Shown here one piece after another: positions 46,329-55,160 of a DNA stretch of 64,000 bases. Below the pieces are notes generated by a model. It was given only the letters and a program-made list of their open reading frames with translations. It was not told the DNA's origin and did not search any database. The DNA is from Lutibacter sp. (GTDB taxonomy: Bacteria > Bacteroidota > Bacteroidia > Flavobacteriales > Flavobacteriaceae): NCBI GenBank assembly GCA_030694935.1, contig JAUYUA010000092.1:108345-172344 (forward strand), in the 5' to 3' direction. The position numbers and the translations under genes were made by a program. Numbering within the stretch: position 1 is the first letter of the stretch; each line of letters begins with the position of its first letter.

Positions 46329-46348
46329 TGTTTTAACTTGGTCTAAAC

Positions 46349-47683
46349 CTACTTCTTTTTTTGTCCGCGTGTGAGCGGTTTTTTATATTTTTTTACAATT
46401 TCACGACGGTACGAACCGCCTAAATTTACTTTCCTGTTTTTCTCTTTTTTCTCGTGAAATGCCAATCCGCCATCAACTGTCTCCTTTTTCTTTTCACTTG
46501 AAGATTCTTCAAGTTCTGATCTCGGAATTTCCTCATCAATCAACTGCGTTGCAATTTCAATCGATTCCGGAAGGTCAAAAACATCGATTTCACGGTTCAT
46601 TAACAATTCAATTTCACCCAAATAATCGGCTTCAGCTTCCGTAAATAAAGAGATGGAAGTTCCCAATTGTTCGGCACGGCCGGTCCTTCCAATTCGGTGC
46701 ATATAATTTTCGGGCTCTTTTGGAATGTCGAAATTTATTACGTGGCTTACGTTGGTTAAATCCAGTCCACGTGCAATAATATCGGTGGCGATTAAGATGG
46801 AAGTGCTTCCTTTTTCAAATTTCTCCACAGAACGCAAACGATAATTTTGCGTTTTGTTTGAATGAATGACCGCCACTTGTTTTGGTAACGCCAAATCCAT
46901 TTCATCAAAAAGAATGGTAGCTTGTTTTTTGTTTTTCACAAATACCAAAACCTTGTTAAAAGTCTTTTTGTCTTGCAGAATATTTTTTAAAAAATTGACT
47001 TTCGTGTAAAAATTTGGAACCGGATAGGCTTGTTGCTGAATGGTATCTAACGGACTTCCGCTGGTTGCAACTTCAATTTTAACGGGTGATTTAAAAAAAG
47101 TATCCAACAAATTATCCACTTCTTTGGTTAAAGTTGCAGAAAATAAAATGCTCTGGCGTTTTTTAGGCAGCAGATCCATCAAGGTAATTATTTGTGGCCT
47201 AAAACCTAAGTTCATCATTTCGTCAACTTCATCAATCACAAATTTTTGGATAAATTTCAGTTTTAAAACACCATCCAAAGCCAAATCCAACAAACGTCCT
47301 GGCGTTGCAACTAAAATATCCAATCCTGCGTGAACAAGCTGTTTATCGGTATTTATATTGGTTCCGCCATAAATTCCGGCAAAACGAACATTTATATAAG
47401 GAGTCAAACTTTTAATGTCTTTAACCACCTGCACCACCAATTCCCGGGTTGGAACAATAATTAAAACCCGTGGGTGTTTTTGATCAGAATAAGTATGTTG
47501 TCTTAATATTGGGAGCAAATAAGCAAAAGTTTTACCAGTTCCGGTTTGGGCAATACCAACAACATCTTTACTGCTCATAATCACCGAAAATGCCTTTTCT
47601 TGAATGGGCGTTGGAACGGTAAAGCCTAAGTCGTCTAAAGCGTTCAGTAAAAATCGGTTTAAATTTAAATCGGAAAAGGTCAT
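46349..47683 (-). CDS. DEAD-box ATP-dependent RNA helicase (RhlE-like) with basic C-terminal tail
   Basis: AQTGTGKT, PTRELV, DEVD (DEAD variant), SAT, HRIGRTGRA. Confidence 0.9.
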   Translation of the reverse strand: MTFSDLNLNRFLLNALDDLGFTVPTPIQEKAFSVIMSSKDVVGIAQTGTGKTFAYLLPILRQHTYSDQKHPRVLIIVPTRELVVQVVKDIKSLTPYINVRFAGIYGGTNINTDKQLVHAGLDILVATPGRLLDLALDGVLKLKFIQKFVIDEVDEMMNLGFRPQIITLMDLLPKKRQSILFSATLTKEVDNLLDTFFKSPVKIEVATSGSPLDTIQQQAYPVPNFYTKVNFLKNILQDKKTFNKVLVFVKNKKQATILFDEMDLALPKQVAVIHSNKTQNYRLRSVEKFEKGSTSILIATDIIARGLDLTNVSHVINFDIPKEPENYMHRIGRTGRAEQLGTSISLFTEAEADYLGEIELLMNREIDVFDLPESIEIATQLIDEEIPRSELEESSSEKKKETVDGGLAFHEKKEKNRKVNLGGSYRREIVKKYKKPLTRGQKKK

Positions 47684-47709
47684 TCTTATATTTTTTGCAA
47701 AGGTAATAC

Positions 47710-47808
47710 TTAATAAGTTAATAAGTTATAAAGTCGGAAGTCGGAAGACGGAAGACGGAAGATCGGAGACGGAAGGTCTGAGCCGGAAGCTAAAACGTCC
47801 GAAAGTTG
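47710..47808. repeat. Decaying 7-8-mer tandem array (TAATAAGT x2-3 grading into CGGAAGT/CGGAAGA x6-7)
   Basis: TAATAAGTTAATAAGTTATAAAGTCGGAAGTCGGAAGACGGAAGACGGAAGATCGGAGACGGAAGGTCTGAGCCGGAAGC. Related array at 54526-54568. Confidence 0.8.
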
Positions 47809-47857
47809 ATGAGATTTTTTGGAAGTATTTATAAATATGAATTTTAGCTTAATAATT

Positions 47858-47900
47858 CCCCCTTCGGGCCTGCCTGCCGGCGAGGCAGGGGTTAGGGGGC
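47858..47900. repeat. GC-rich palindromic core repeat (CCCCCTTCGGGCCTGCCTGCCGGCGAGGCAGGGGTTAGGGGG)
   Basis: Shares the CCTGCCTGCCGGC..GGCAGG core with 1850-1884, 27911-27930 and 51066-51085. Overlaps the last codons of the M1 peptidase. Confidence 0.7.
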
Positions 47901-49484
47901 CATTTCAAACAACAACCAAGCATTTGGATCAAATTTAACATCCTTTACTTCTCCTTTGGTTTCAATTTCATAAGGAATTGCTATTTGGGAAATTTCGATT
48001 GTTTTTATTTCAGAAGTGCCGTCGGCGTAAATGATTTCAACATCAAGCGGAAATTGAAATGAATTTTCCTGTGTTTGGTCAATGAGCAGCCTAAGTTTAT
48101 TTTGATAATATAACCAGGAAGTTTTTAAAACAGGATGTCCTGCTTTTTGAAGCCATTGCGTAAAAAAGGCATCCAAATTTTGGCCAGAAACGTTTTTCAT
48201 CACATTTTTAAAGTCGTTGGTTGAAGCATTTCTTAATTTAAATTTTTCATAATAGGTTCTGATTCCTTTCCAAAAAGTTTCATCACCTAATTTTTTCCGA
48301 AGCATATGCAAAACCCAAGCGCCTTTTTCATAGGAGTTTGCGTTTAACAAACTCATTAAATTGGTGTTTTGAGAATCAATTACTGGTGTTTGTTTCTTTT
48401 TGTAAAAATTTAAAACAGTTTCACGTTCCTCTTTCATTCTTTCTTGAAAGGCTGCTTCACCTTTGGTTTCTAAAATATACAAACTGGTGAAATAGGTTGC
48501 AAAACCTTCACTTAACCACAAATGAGGCCAATCAATCTCTGAGGCGGAATTCCCAAACCACTGATGCACAATTTCATGGGCTATGGTATCTTCAAAATCT
48601 TGTTCGCCTTTTACATATTTTTCAGCATAAAAAATAGCGCCGGCATTTTCCATCCCGCCAAATTGCGTTTTGGATTGCACATTTGCCAATTTTTGATAAG
48701 GATATTCACCAAACTTTTCGATAAAAAACTCAAGAATTTTTTTTGAGTTGGCAAAATCATAAAATCCTTGTTGTTTTGTTTGCGGATACACCCAAGTTGA
48801 AACGGGAATATTGTTTGTTTCCCCTAGATGTTGCACCGCAAAACGCGCAACGCCAATCACCATCACTTTTGTAGGCAACGGTTCGGCAGTTTTATAATGG
48901 TACAACTTTAAATTATTGGATAAATCGGTTTCTTCAAATAAGTAGCCATTGGCAATTACCTGATAATGGTTGGGCGCAATTATTTTAAATTCTACAGTTG
49001 CTTTATCCGAAGGATGGTCAACGCAAGGAAACCAATTGTGTGCCCTGTTTGGCCAGTTATCGGCAAAAAAAGTTCGGTCTGCGTGAATGTTTTCGCCAAT
49101 AATAAGTCCGTCTTTTGGAACACCATTGTAGGTGATTTCAAAATTAAAAATGCTGTCGGTATTCACAAAGTTCGGCTGAATGTTGATTTTATTGTCGGTA
49201 TGCGTAAATGATACCGTGTCGTTATTCTGAAAAACAGATTCAATATACATTCCTTTTCCGGTGGAATCTTTTTGAACCAAATTCAAATGAAACTCATTCA
49301 CCAATTGTTTAAAGGTCAACGAAACAGTCATTTTTGCCTGAATATTGTTGGTTGAGTCGTTGACTTGTATCTCTAAACTATAATGTTTTACATCAATTTC
49401 ATTAAATCGTTGTTGGTAGTTTTGAGCGGTAATGGCCGACTGAAATATCAGCAGGAATAAAATAAGCGTGTAAAATTTCATCAT
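47892..49484 (-). CDS. M1-family zinc metallopeptidase (aminopeptidase N-like)
   Basis: GGMEN, HEIVHQWFGN, WLSEGFATY. Signal peptide. Confidence 0.9.
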   Translation of the reverse strand: MMKFYTLILFLLIFQSAITAQNYQQRFNEIDVKHYSLEIQVNDSTNNIQAKMTVSLTFKQLVNEFHLNLVQKDSTGKGMYIESVFQNNDTVSFTHTDNKINIQPNFVNTDSIFNFEITYNGVPKDGLIIGENIHADRTFFADNWPNRAHNWFPCVDHPSDKATVEFKIIAPNHYQVIANGYLFEETDLSNNLKLYHYKTAEPLPTKVMVIGVARFAVQHLGETNNIPVSTWVYPQTKQQGFYDFANSKKILEFFIEKFGEYPYQKLANVQSKTQFGGMENAGAIFYAEKYVKGEQDFEDTIAHEIVHQWFGNSASEIDWPHLWLSEGFATYFTSLYILETKGEAAFQERMKEERETVLNFYKKKQTPVIDSQNTNLMSLLNANSYEKGAWVLHMLRKKLGDETFWKGIRTYYEKFKLRNASTNDFKNVMKNVSGQNLDAFFTQWLQKAGHPVLKTSWLYYQNKLRLLIDQTQENSFQFPLDVEIIYADGTSEIKTIEISQIAIPYEIETKGEVKDVKFDPNAWLLFEMAP

Positions 49485-49526
49485 TATAAAAAGGGCGTTA
49501 CAAATTTCAAATATAAGTAAAATGAA

Positions 49527-49566
49527 TAAAAAAAGTCCGCCAATGAAAAAACATCAGCGGACTTTT
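49527..49566 (-). terminator. Rho-independent terminator after the 169-aa gene
   Basis: AAAAGTCCGC ... GCGGACTTTT stem with a T-run on the minus strand. Confidence 0.6.
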
Positions 49567-49583
49567 ATAATTTGGTGCAAAAA

Positions 49584-50093
49584 TTAATCTTTATTGTAAA
49601 GTGTTACAATTTCGTTTAGGTCCTGCAATTCTTTCGATTTAATTTTTTGTGAAATTTCAGGAGAATCGCTTAAAAAATCGCCCAAAACTTTTTGGTATTT
49701 TGATCCTAAAGAAGGAACTTTTATAAGTTCATCAAAAACTTTTTCAACATAAAAAACGGTTACACCGTTATAATTTCTTTCGTATAAATTCAATTTTTTA
49801 CCGGCGGTAATTTGTTTTGCCATCACCATATCGCCATTGTTGTATATGCGCGTAAAATTTTCATCGCCTCTGGTGTAACTTTTTATGGATGCAATATCAG
49901 GTTTCTGTTGATTGCCATTGGCATCAATATAGGTTAAATGCAACAAACTTTTTGTGTCATTTAATTTTTCGATTTTTACATTTGTAATGGTGTCATAACG
50001 TTGCGTGATGATGGTTCCGTTTACAAATTCTTGTCCGTAACTGCTTATTGAAAAAATAAATAATAAGGAGATTGTTAATAAAGTGTATTTCAT
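49584..50093 (-). CDS. Secreted hypothetical protein (169 aa)
   Basis: Clear signal peptide. No recognisable motif. Confidence 0.5.
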   Translation of the reverse strand: MKYTLLTISLLFIFSISSYGQEFVNGTIITQRYDTITNVKIEKLNDTKSLLHLTYIDANGNQQKPDIASIKSYTRGDENFTRIYNNGDMVMAKQITAGKKLNLYERNYNGVTVFYVEKVFDELIKVPSLGSKYQKVLGDFLSDSPEISQKIKSKELQDLNEIVTLYNKD

Positions 50094-50248
50094 TGCGTGT
50101 AATTTTTAATTAAAGTTTAATATCAAAATATTCCTACCAAAGATAAAGAATAATACTATGCGCGCATAATAAAAATGATAAAAAATTATTGAATTTTAGG
50201 TAAATACACACAAATAATAATTTCAGATTAAAATAAATAAATACTTCA

Positions 50249-50256
50249 TATCTTTG
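50249..50256 (+). promoter_or_regulatory. -7 box TATCTTTG upstream of clpP
   Basis: Matches TAnnTTTG, 28 nt upstream of the ATG at 50284. Confidence 0.45.
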
Positions 50257-50283
50257 TACTCTTAATATTTTAAAACCTGAAAA

Positions 50284-50943
50284 ATGGATTACGGAAAAGA
50301 ATTTAAAAAATACGCGACAAAGCAGCATGGAATCAATAGCATGTATTATGATAAATTGGTCAGCAGTCTTACGCCTTATATTATTGAAGAACGCCAGTTA
50401 AACGTTGCCCAAATGGACGTTTTTTCGCGTTTGATGATGGATAGAATTATTTTTTTGGGAACAGGAATAGATGATTATGTTGCCAATATTATACAAGCAC
50501 AATTGTTGTTTTTGGAAAGTGTAGACAGTTCAAAAGACATAAGTATTTATATTAATTCACCAGGCGGAGGCGTTTATGCCGGTTTGGGAATTTACGATAC
50601 GATGCAATTTATAAAACCTGATGTTGCCACAATTTGTACAGGAATAGCCGCATCAATGGGCGCTGTTTTAATGTGTGCAGGAACAAAAGGAAAACGATCG
50701 GCATTGCCGCATTCACGCGTTATGATTCACCAGCCTTTGGGCGGTGCCCAAGGCCAGGCAAGCGATATTGAAATTACCACTCGGGAAATTTTGAAATTAA
50801 AAGAAGAATTGTATCAAATAATTTCTAAACATTCAGGCCAAACAATGAAAAAAGTGCATCATGATTCAGATCGTGATTACTGGATGAAAGCCGATGAAGC
50901 AAAAGCTTACGGCATGATTGATGAAGTATTGATCAGAAAATAA
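50284..50943 (+). CDS. clpP: ATP-dependent Clp protease proteolytic subunit
   Basis: INSPGGGV, GIAASMGA (catalytic Ser), MIHQPLGG (His). Confidence 0.95.
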   Translation: MDYGKEFKKYATKQHGINSMYYDKLVSSLTPYIIEERQLNVAQMDVFSRLMMDRIIFLGTGIDDYVANIIQAQLLFLESVDSSKDISIYINSPGGGVYAGLGIYDTMQFIKPDVATICTGIAASMGAVLMCAGTKGKRSALPHSRVMIHQPLGGAQGQASDIEITTREILKLKEELYQIISKHSGQTMKKVHHDSDRDYWMKADEAKAYGMIDEVLIRK

Positions 50944-50990
50944 ATCGGTTATTGTTTGCAGTTTAGGCTAAGTTCTGGTTACAGCAGTAT

Positions 50991-51107
50991 GTGCGTTAGG
51001 GATTGAAGAGGAAATCCTTTTTTGAAGCTTTTTTGCTTTAAAAAAGATTGAAACGAAAAGCCCGACCTGCCTGCCGGCAGGCAGGCCTGCCAGCTGGCGG
51101 GAACGCC
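50991..51107. repeat. GC-rich palindromic intergenic element (REP/MITE-like), copy B, inverted relative to copy A
   Basis: GCGTTAGGGATTG...A/T-run hairpin...AAAAGCCCGACCTGCCTGCCGGCAGGCAGGCCTGCCAGCTGGCGGGAACGCC. Its reverse complement parallels 1840-1965 module by module. Confidence 0.75.
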
Positions 51108-51183
51108 AAAAAGAATTAGATTGGTGAAATTATTAGAATTAATCAGCAATTTAAAATCACGAATAAACAAATAAAGTAATAGG

Positions 51184-52428
51184 ATGGCAAAAAAGGATGA
51201 AGTATTGCAATGTTCGTTTTGCGGCCGTAAGAAGCCGGAAACAGATTTGCTTATTGCAGGTTTAGACGCACATATTTGCGACAAATGTATTGAGCAGGCT
51301 CATGGAATTGTGATGGAAGAAATTGCTGGAAGTAATTCTACTGCGCTTACTTATGATTTGATTGTAAAGAAACCAAAGGAAATTAAAGCCTTTATCGATC
51401 AATATATGATTGGACAAGATCAGGCAAAACGCGTGATGGCCGTTGCGGTTTATAACCATTACAAACGATTGCTGCAGCCAGATTCAAAAGATGAAGAAGA
51501 GGTTGAAATTGAAAAAAGCAATATCATCATTGTTGGAGAAACAGGAACTGGCAAAACATTAATTGCACGCACCATTGCAAGAATGTTAAATGTGCCATTT
51601 TGTATTGTTGACGCCACTGTTTTAACCGAAGCCGGTTATGTTGGAGAAGATGTGGAAACTATTTTAACGCGTTTATTGCAAGCGGCGGACTATGATGTAA
51701 GCAAAGCGGAGCGCGGCATTGTTTTTATTGATGAAATTGATAAAATTGCCCGTAAAGGAGACAATCCTTCGATAACTCGTGATGTTTCCGGAGAAGGCGT
51801 TCAACAAGCATTGTTAAAATTACTGGAAGGTTCTGTGGTGAATGTTCCGCCAAAAGGAGGAAGAAAACATCCCGACCAAAAATTTATTGAGGTGAATACC
51901 AAAAATATTTTATTTATGGCCGGAGGTGCATTTTCCGGGATTGATAAAGTGATTGGAAAAAGGTTAAACCGTCAAGAAGTTGGTTATGGCGCTTCCATAA
52001 AAGGAGATGTTGTTGATAAAGCAAATATGTTAAAATACATTATTCCGAAAGATTTAAGGGATTTTGGTTTAATTCCTGAAATTATTGGACGTTTGCCGGT
52101 ATTGACGCATATGGATCCTTTGGATGAAACAACTTTGAGAATGATTTTGACAGAACCTAAAAACTCCATCATCAAACAATATGAAAAATTGTTTAAAATG
52201 GATGGCATCGATTTTACCATCAATGAAAATGCGTTGATGTTTATTGTTGATAAAGCGGTTGAATACAAATTGGGCGCTCGCGGACTTCGGTCTTTGTGTG
52301 AAGCCATTTTGACTGATGCGATGTTTGATTTGCCGGGAACTGGTGAAAAAACGCTTAAAATCACAAAAGATTATGCTGAAGATAAAATAGACAGATCAAC
52401 CATAAAAAAGTTAAAAGCTGTTTCATAA
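51184..52428 (+). CDS. clpX: ATP-dependent Clp protease ATP-binding subunit ClpX
   Basis: N-terminal CSFCGR...CDKC zinc finger, GETGTGKT Walker A, FIDEIDK Walker B. Confidence 0.95.
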   Translation: MAKKDEVLQCSFCGRKKPETDLLIAGLDAHICDKCIEQAHGIVMEEIAGSNSTALTYDLIVKKPKEIKAFIDQYMIGQDQAKRVMAVAVYNHYKRLLQPDSKDEEEVEIEKSNIIIVGETGTGKTLIARTIARMLNVPFCIVDATVLTEAGYVGEDVETILTRLLQAADYDVSKAERGIVFIDEIDKIARKGDNPSITRDVSGEGVQQALLKLLEGSVVNVPPKGGRKHPDQKFIEVNTKNILFMAGGAFSGIDKVIGKRLNRQEVGYGASIKGDVVDKANMLKYIIPKDLRDFGLIPEIIGRLPVLTHMDPLDETTLRMILTEPKNSIIKQYEKLFKMDGIDFTINENALMFIVDKAVEYKLGARGLRSLCEAILTDAMFDLPGTGEKTLKITKDYAEDKIDRSTIKKLKAVS

Positions 52429-52450
52429 GTCTAAAATAAATAAAATCTAA

Positions 52451-52495
52451 AAAAAACTGTTTTAAAGGTAAAAATTCCTTGGACAGTTTTTTTTT
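52451..52495 (+). terminator. Probable terminator after clpX
   Basis: AAAAAACTGT...ACAGTTTTTTTTT imperfect hairpin with a long T-run. Confidence 0.5.
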
Positions 52496-52545
52496 GTCGG
52501 TAATAATTGTAATTTAGAAAAATAAAATTCAAAAGATAAAGACCA

Positions 52546-54525
52546 TTGATTTCCAGAAGTACCATCGATAAAGTTTTTGAAACTGCCCGCGTTGAGGAGG
52601 TGATTGGCGAGTTTGTGCAGTTAAAAAAATCGGGCAGCAATTACAAAGGATTGAGTCCGTTTTCCGGAGAAAGAAGTCCGTCGTTCATGGTTTCTCCCGT
52701 GAAGCAAATATGGAAAGATTTCAGTTCGGGAAAAGGCGGCAACGTGGTTACTTTTTTAATGGAACAGGAACATTATTCCTATCCGGAAGCCATTCGGTTC
52801 TTGGCGAAAAAATACAATATTGAAATAGAGGAAACCGAACAAAGCAACGAACAAAAGCATCAGGCCGATGAACGAGAAAGTATGTTTATTGTTTCGGAAT
52901 ATGCACGCGATTATTTCCATGAAACCCTGCTTAAATCCGATCAGGGAAAAGCTATTGGCTTAAGTTATTTTAAAGAACGCGGTTTTACCAATGAAACCAT
53001 TCAAAAATTTCAATTGGGATATTCTTTGAACGAGTGGGAAGCCTTTTCATCTGAAGCGTTAAATAAAGGATACAACCTCAAATATTTGGAGGCTACCGGA
53101 CTTACCATTGTCAAAGACGATTTGCTTTCATCCACAGGAACCAAACAATTCGACCGTTTTAAAGGCCGCGTGATGTTTCCAATTCACAGTATGAGCGGCA
53201 GGGTTCTTGGTTTTGGAGGCAGAATTTTAGGCAACGATAAAAAAGCGGCCAAATATTTAAATTCTCCCGAAAGTGAAATTTACCACAAAGGCAATGTTTT
53301 ATACGGTATTTATTATGCAAAGCAAAGCATTGCAAAAGAAGATAATTGTTATTTGGTTGAAGGTTATACCGATGTGATTTCATTTAACCAGGCAGGCATT
53401 GAAAATGTGGTTTCCTCTTCAGGAACCGCACTTTCTGAAAATCAAATTCGATTAATTAACCGACTCACAAAAAATATCACCATTCTTTTTGATGGAGATG
53501 CCGCAGGAATCAGGGCTTCGATTCGCGGAATTGACCTTATTTTAGAGCAGGGATTGAATGTAAAAGTGGTGATGTTTCCTGATGGAGATGATCCCGACAG
53601 TTTTTCCAAAAAAGTTAGCAGTCAGGAATTAAAAGAATATTTAAAACAAAATTCCAAAGATTTCATCAATTTTAAAGTGGCTTTATTGATGGAAGAAGCA
53701 CAGCATGATCCTGTTAAAAAAGCCGGATTAATTAGGGATATTGTGGTCAGTATTTCTAAAATTCCCGACCGAATTCAGCGTGAAGTTTACATTCAGGAAT
53801 GTTCCAGAATTATGGATATTTCCGAAAATGTACTTTTCAGTGAGCTGGCACAAATCGATAAAAAGGAAGAGAGAGATGCTTCTTCCAGGCCAATTCAAGA
53901 AAGACCAACAGAAGCGGTATTGCAAAAAACACCGCAATTCGAAAAAGTTAACGAGCTTCAAAAATATGAACGGGAAATTATAAAAATTTTATTGCTGTAT
54001 GGAAATAATGAAGTGGAATTTGTCGATTTTATTGCAGAGGAAGAAGCGGAAGATGCAGAATTTCAACCTATAAAAAAGGTAAAATTCAACAATATGGTTT
54101 CAAAGGAAATCTATTTGAATTTGCATGATGATGAGGTGGAATTTACCAATGACACTTTTAAAAATATTTACTTTGAAATAATATTTCAATTAAACCAAGA
54201 TGAAACTATTTCAGTGGATAAGTTGGTAAATCACGAAAATTACGAAGTGGCAAATTTGGTTACCACTATTTTAATGGATGACGAAAGGCATGTGTTAAGC
54301 AATTGGGAACGCAAAAATATTTTTATCAGGAGCAAAAAAAGTGATCTTTCAAAAATGGTGCTTGACGCCATTTACAATATGCGCAGAATTCTTATTGAAC
54401 AAAAAATTAATTCACTTATTGCCGAGTTTGGTGTTGAAGAAGAAAGAGATAAAATAATGGAATCTATTGTAGATTATAACAACCTAAAAACCCGTTTGTT
54501 TGAAAGATTAAGCAGGGTGGTTTGA
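52546..54525 (+). CDS. dnaG: DNA primase with a zinc-binding-domain fold but no Cys/His zinc ligands (apparent TTG start)
   Basis: TOPRIM EGYTDV...DGDAAG and N-terminal EEVIGEFVQLKKSG..GLSPFSGERSPSF. All four canonical zinc ligand positions are substituted. Confidence 0.9.
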   Translation: MISRSTIDKVFETARVEEVIGEFVQLKKSGSNYKGLSPFSGERSPSFMVSPVKQIWKDFSSGKGGNVVTFLMEQEHYSYPEAIRFLAKKYNIEIEETEQSNEQKHQADERESMFIVSEYARDYFHETLLKSDQGKAIGLSYFKERGFTNETIQKFQLGYSLNEWEAFSSEALNKGYNLKYLEATGLTIVKDDLLSSTGTKQFDRFKGRVMFPIHSMSGRVLGFGGRILGNDKKAAKYLNSPESEIYHKGNVLYGIYYAKQSIAKEDNCYLVEGYTDVISFNQAGIENVVSSSGTALSENQIRLINRLTKNITILFDGDAAGIRASIRGIDLILEQGLNVKVVMFPDGDDPDSFSKKVSSQELKEYLKQNSKDFINFKVALLMEEAQHDPVKKAGLIRDIVVSISKIPDRIQREVYIQECSRIMDISENVLFSELAQIDKKEERDASSRPIQERPTEAVLQKTPQFEKVNELQKYEREIIKILLLYGNNEVEFVDFIAEEEAEDAEFQPIKKVKFNNMVSKEIYLNLHDDEVEFTNDTFKNIYFEIIFQLNQDETISVDKLVNHENYEVANLVTTILMDDERHVLSNWERKNIFIRSKKSDLSKMVLDAIYNMRRILIEQKINSLIAEFGVEEERDKIMESIVDYNNLKTRLFERLSRVV

Positions 54526-54613
54526 AAAAGTTGGAAGTCGGAAGTCGGAAGTCCGAAGCCCGAAGTTAAACGAATCAAACTTCCTTTCCTTTGGAAAGGG
54601 CCTGGGGATAGGA
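54526..54613. repeat. Composite intergenic repeat: heptamer array (GGAAGTC)n followed by copy 2 of the stop-codon-abutting hairpin element
   Basis: TGGAAGTCGGAAGTCGGAAGTCCGAAGCCCGAAGTT, then AATCAAACTTCCTTTCCTTTGGAAAGGGCCTGGGGATAGGA. Confidence 0.8.
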
Positions 54614-54614
54614 T

Positions 54615-54986
54615 TTAAATCTTTTCTTCCAAAACAATGGCTCCGGCGTATTTTATTTTAACGAGATTAAGCGCCCTGTCGGCTTCCAAACGCGTTCTAA
54701 AATTTCCGGCATGTGTTTTCCACTCTGGTGTTTTGTAAATAATTTTTGTGCGATATTCAGGAAAATCAGCTTCAAAATTTCTTTTAACGGCGTAAGCTTG
54801 TGTTTCATTGCCATTATAAATTTGAATTTTAAAGACAAGAATATTTTTATTTGTTTTATTAAAAGCCTTTTTTTGTTCGATTAAGGTATTAATCTTTTCA
54901 TTTTCACTTTGCGCAAATAAAGTGTTTGAACTTAAAAAAGTGGCGAAAAAAACAAAAATTATTGCTTTTATTGATAGTTTATTCAT
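54615..54986 (-). CDS. SPOR domain-containing protein
   Basis: Signal peptide. C-terminal FKIQIYNG...AGNFRTRLEADRALNLVK SPOR-like pattern. Confidence 0.7.
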   Translation of the reverse strand: MNKLSIKAIIFVFFATFLSSNTLFAQSENEKINTLIEQKKAFNKTNKNILVFKIQIYNGNETQAYAVKRNFEADFPEYRTKIIYKTPEWKTHAGNFRTRLEADRALNLVKIKYAGAIVLEEKI

Positions 54987-55111
54987 AATATTTTATATAA
55001 TTTTCAAATTTATAATTTTCCTGGAAATGTAAGTGCATAAACTAGTTATTTAGAATGAATATAAATTACATTTAACACAATTTTTAGATTTTAAGTATTA
55101 TTAATATATGT

Positions 55112-55119
55112 TACTTTTG
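55112..55119 (+). promoter_or_regulatory. -7 box TACTTTTG upstream of the ACIII operon
   Basis: Matches TAnnTTTG, upstream of candidate ATGs at 55161 and 55206. Confidence 0.4.
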
Positions 55120-55160
55120 TCAAATCCTTAAAAAAAATGATTTAAGTCATATATTAGTAT

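Noticed and set aside
50157-50168. Perfect 12-bp palindrome TATGCGCGCATA in the AT-rich region upstream of clpP, considered as a possible operator.
   Set aside because: It is short and single-copy, lies about 80 bp upstream of the -7 box, and matches no known heat-shock operator. The evidence is insufficient.
50979-51284. 101-aa minus-strand ORF spanning the clpP-clpX gap and the clpX start.
   Set aside because: Its translation runs straight through the GC-rich palindromic repeat (..GVPASWQACLPAGRSGF..) and overlaps the clpX zinc-finger coding region. It is a repeat-generated artefact.
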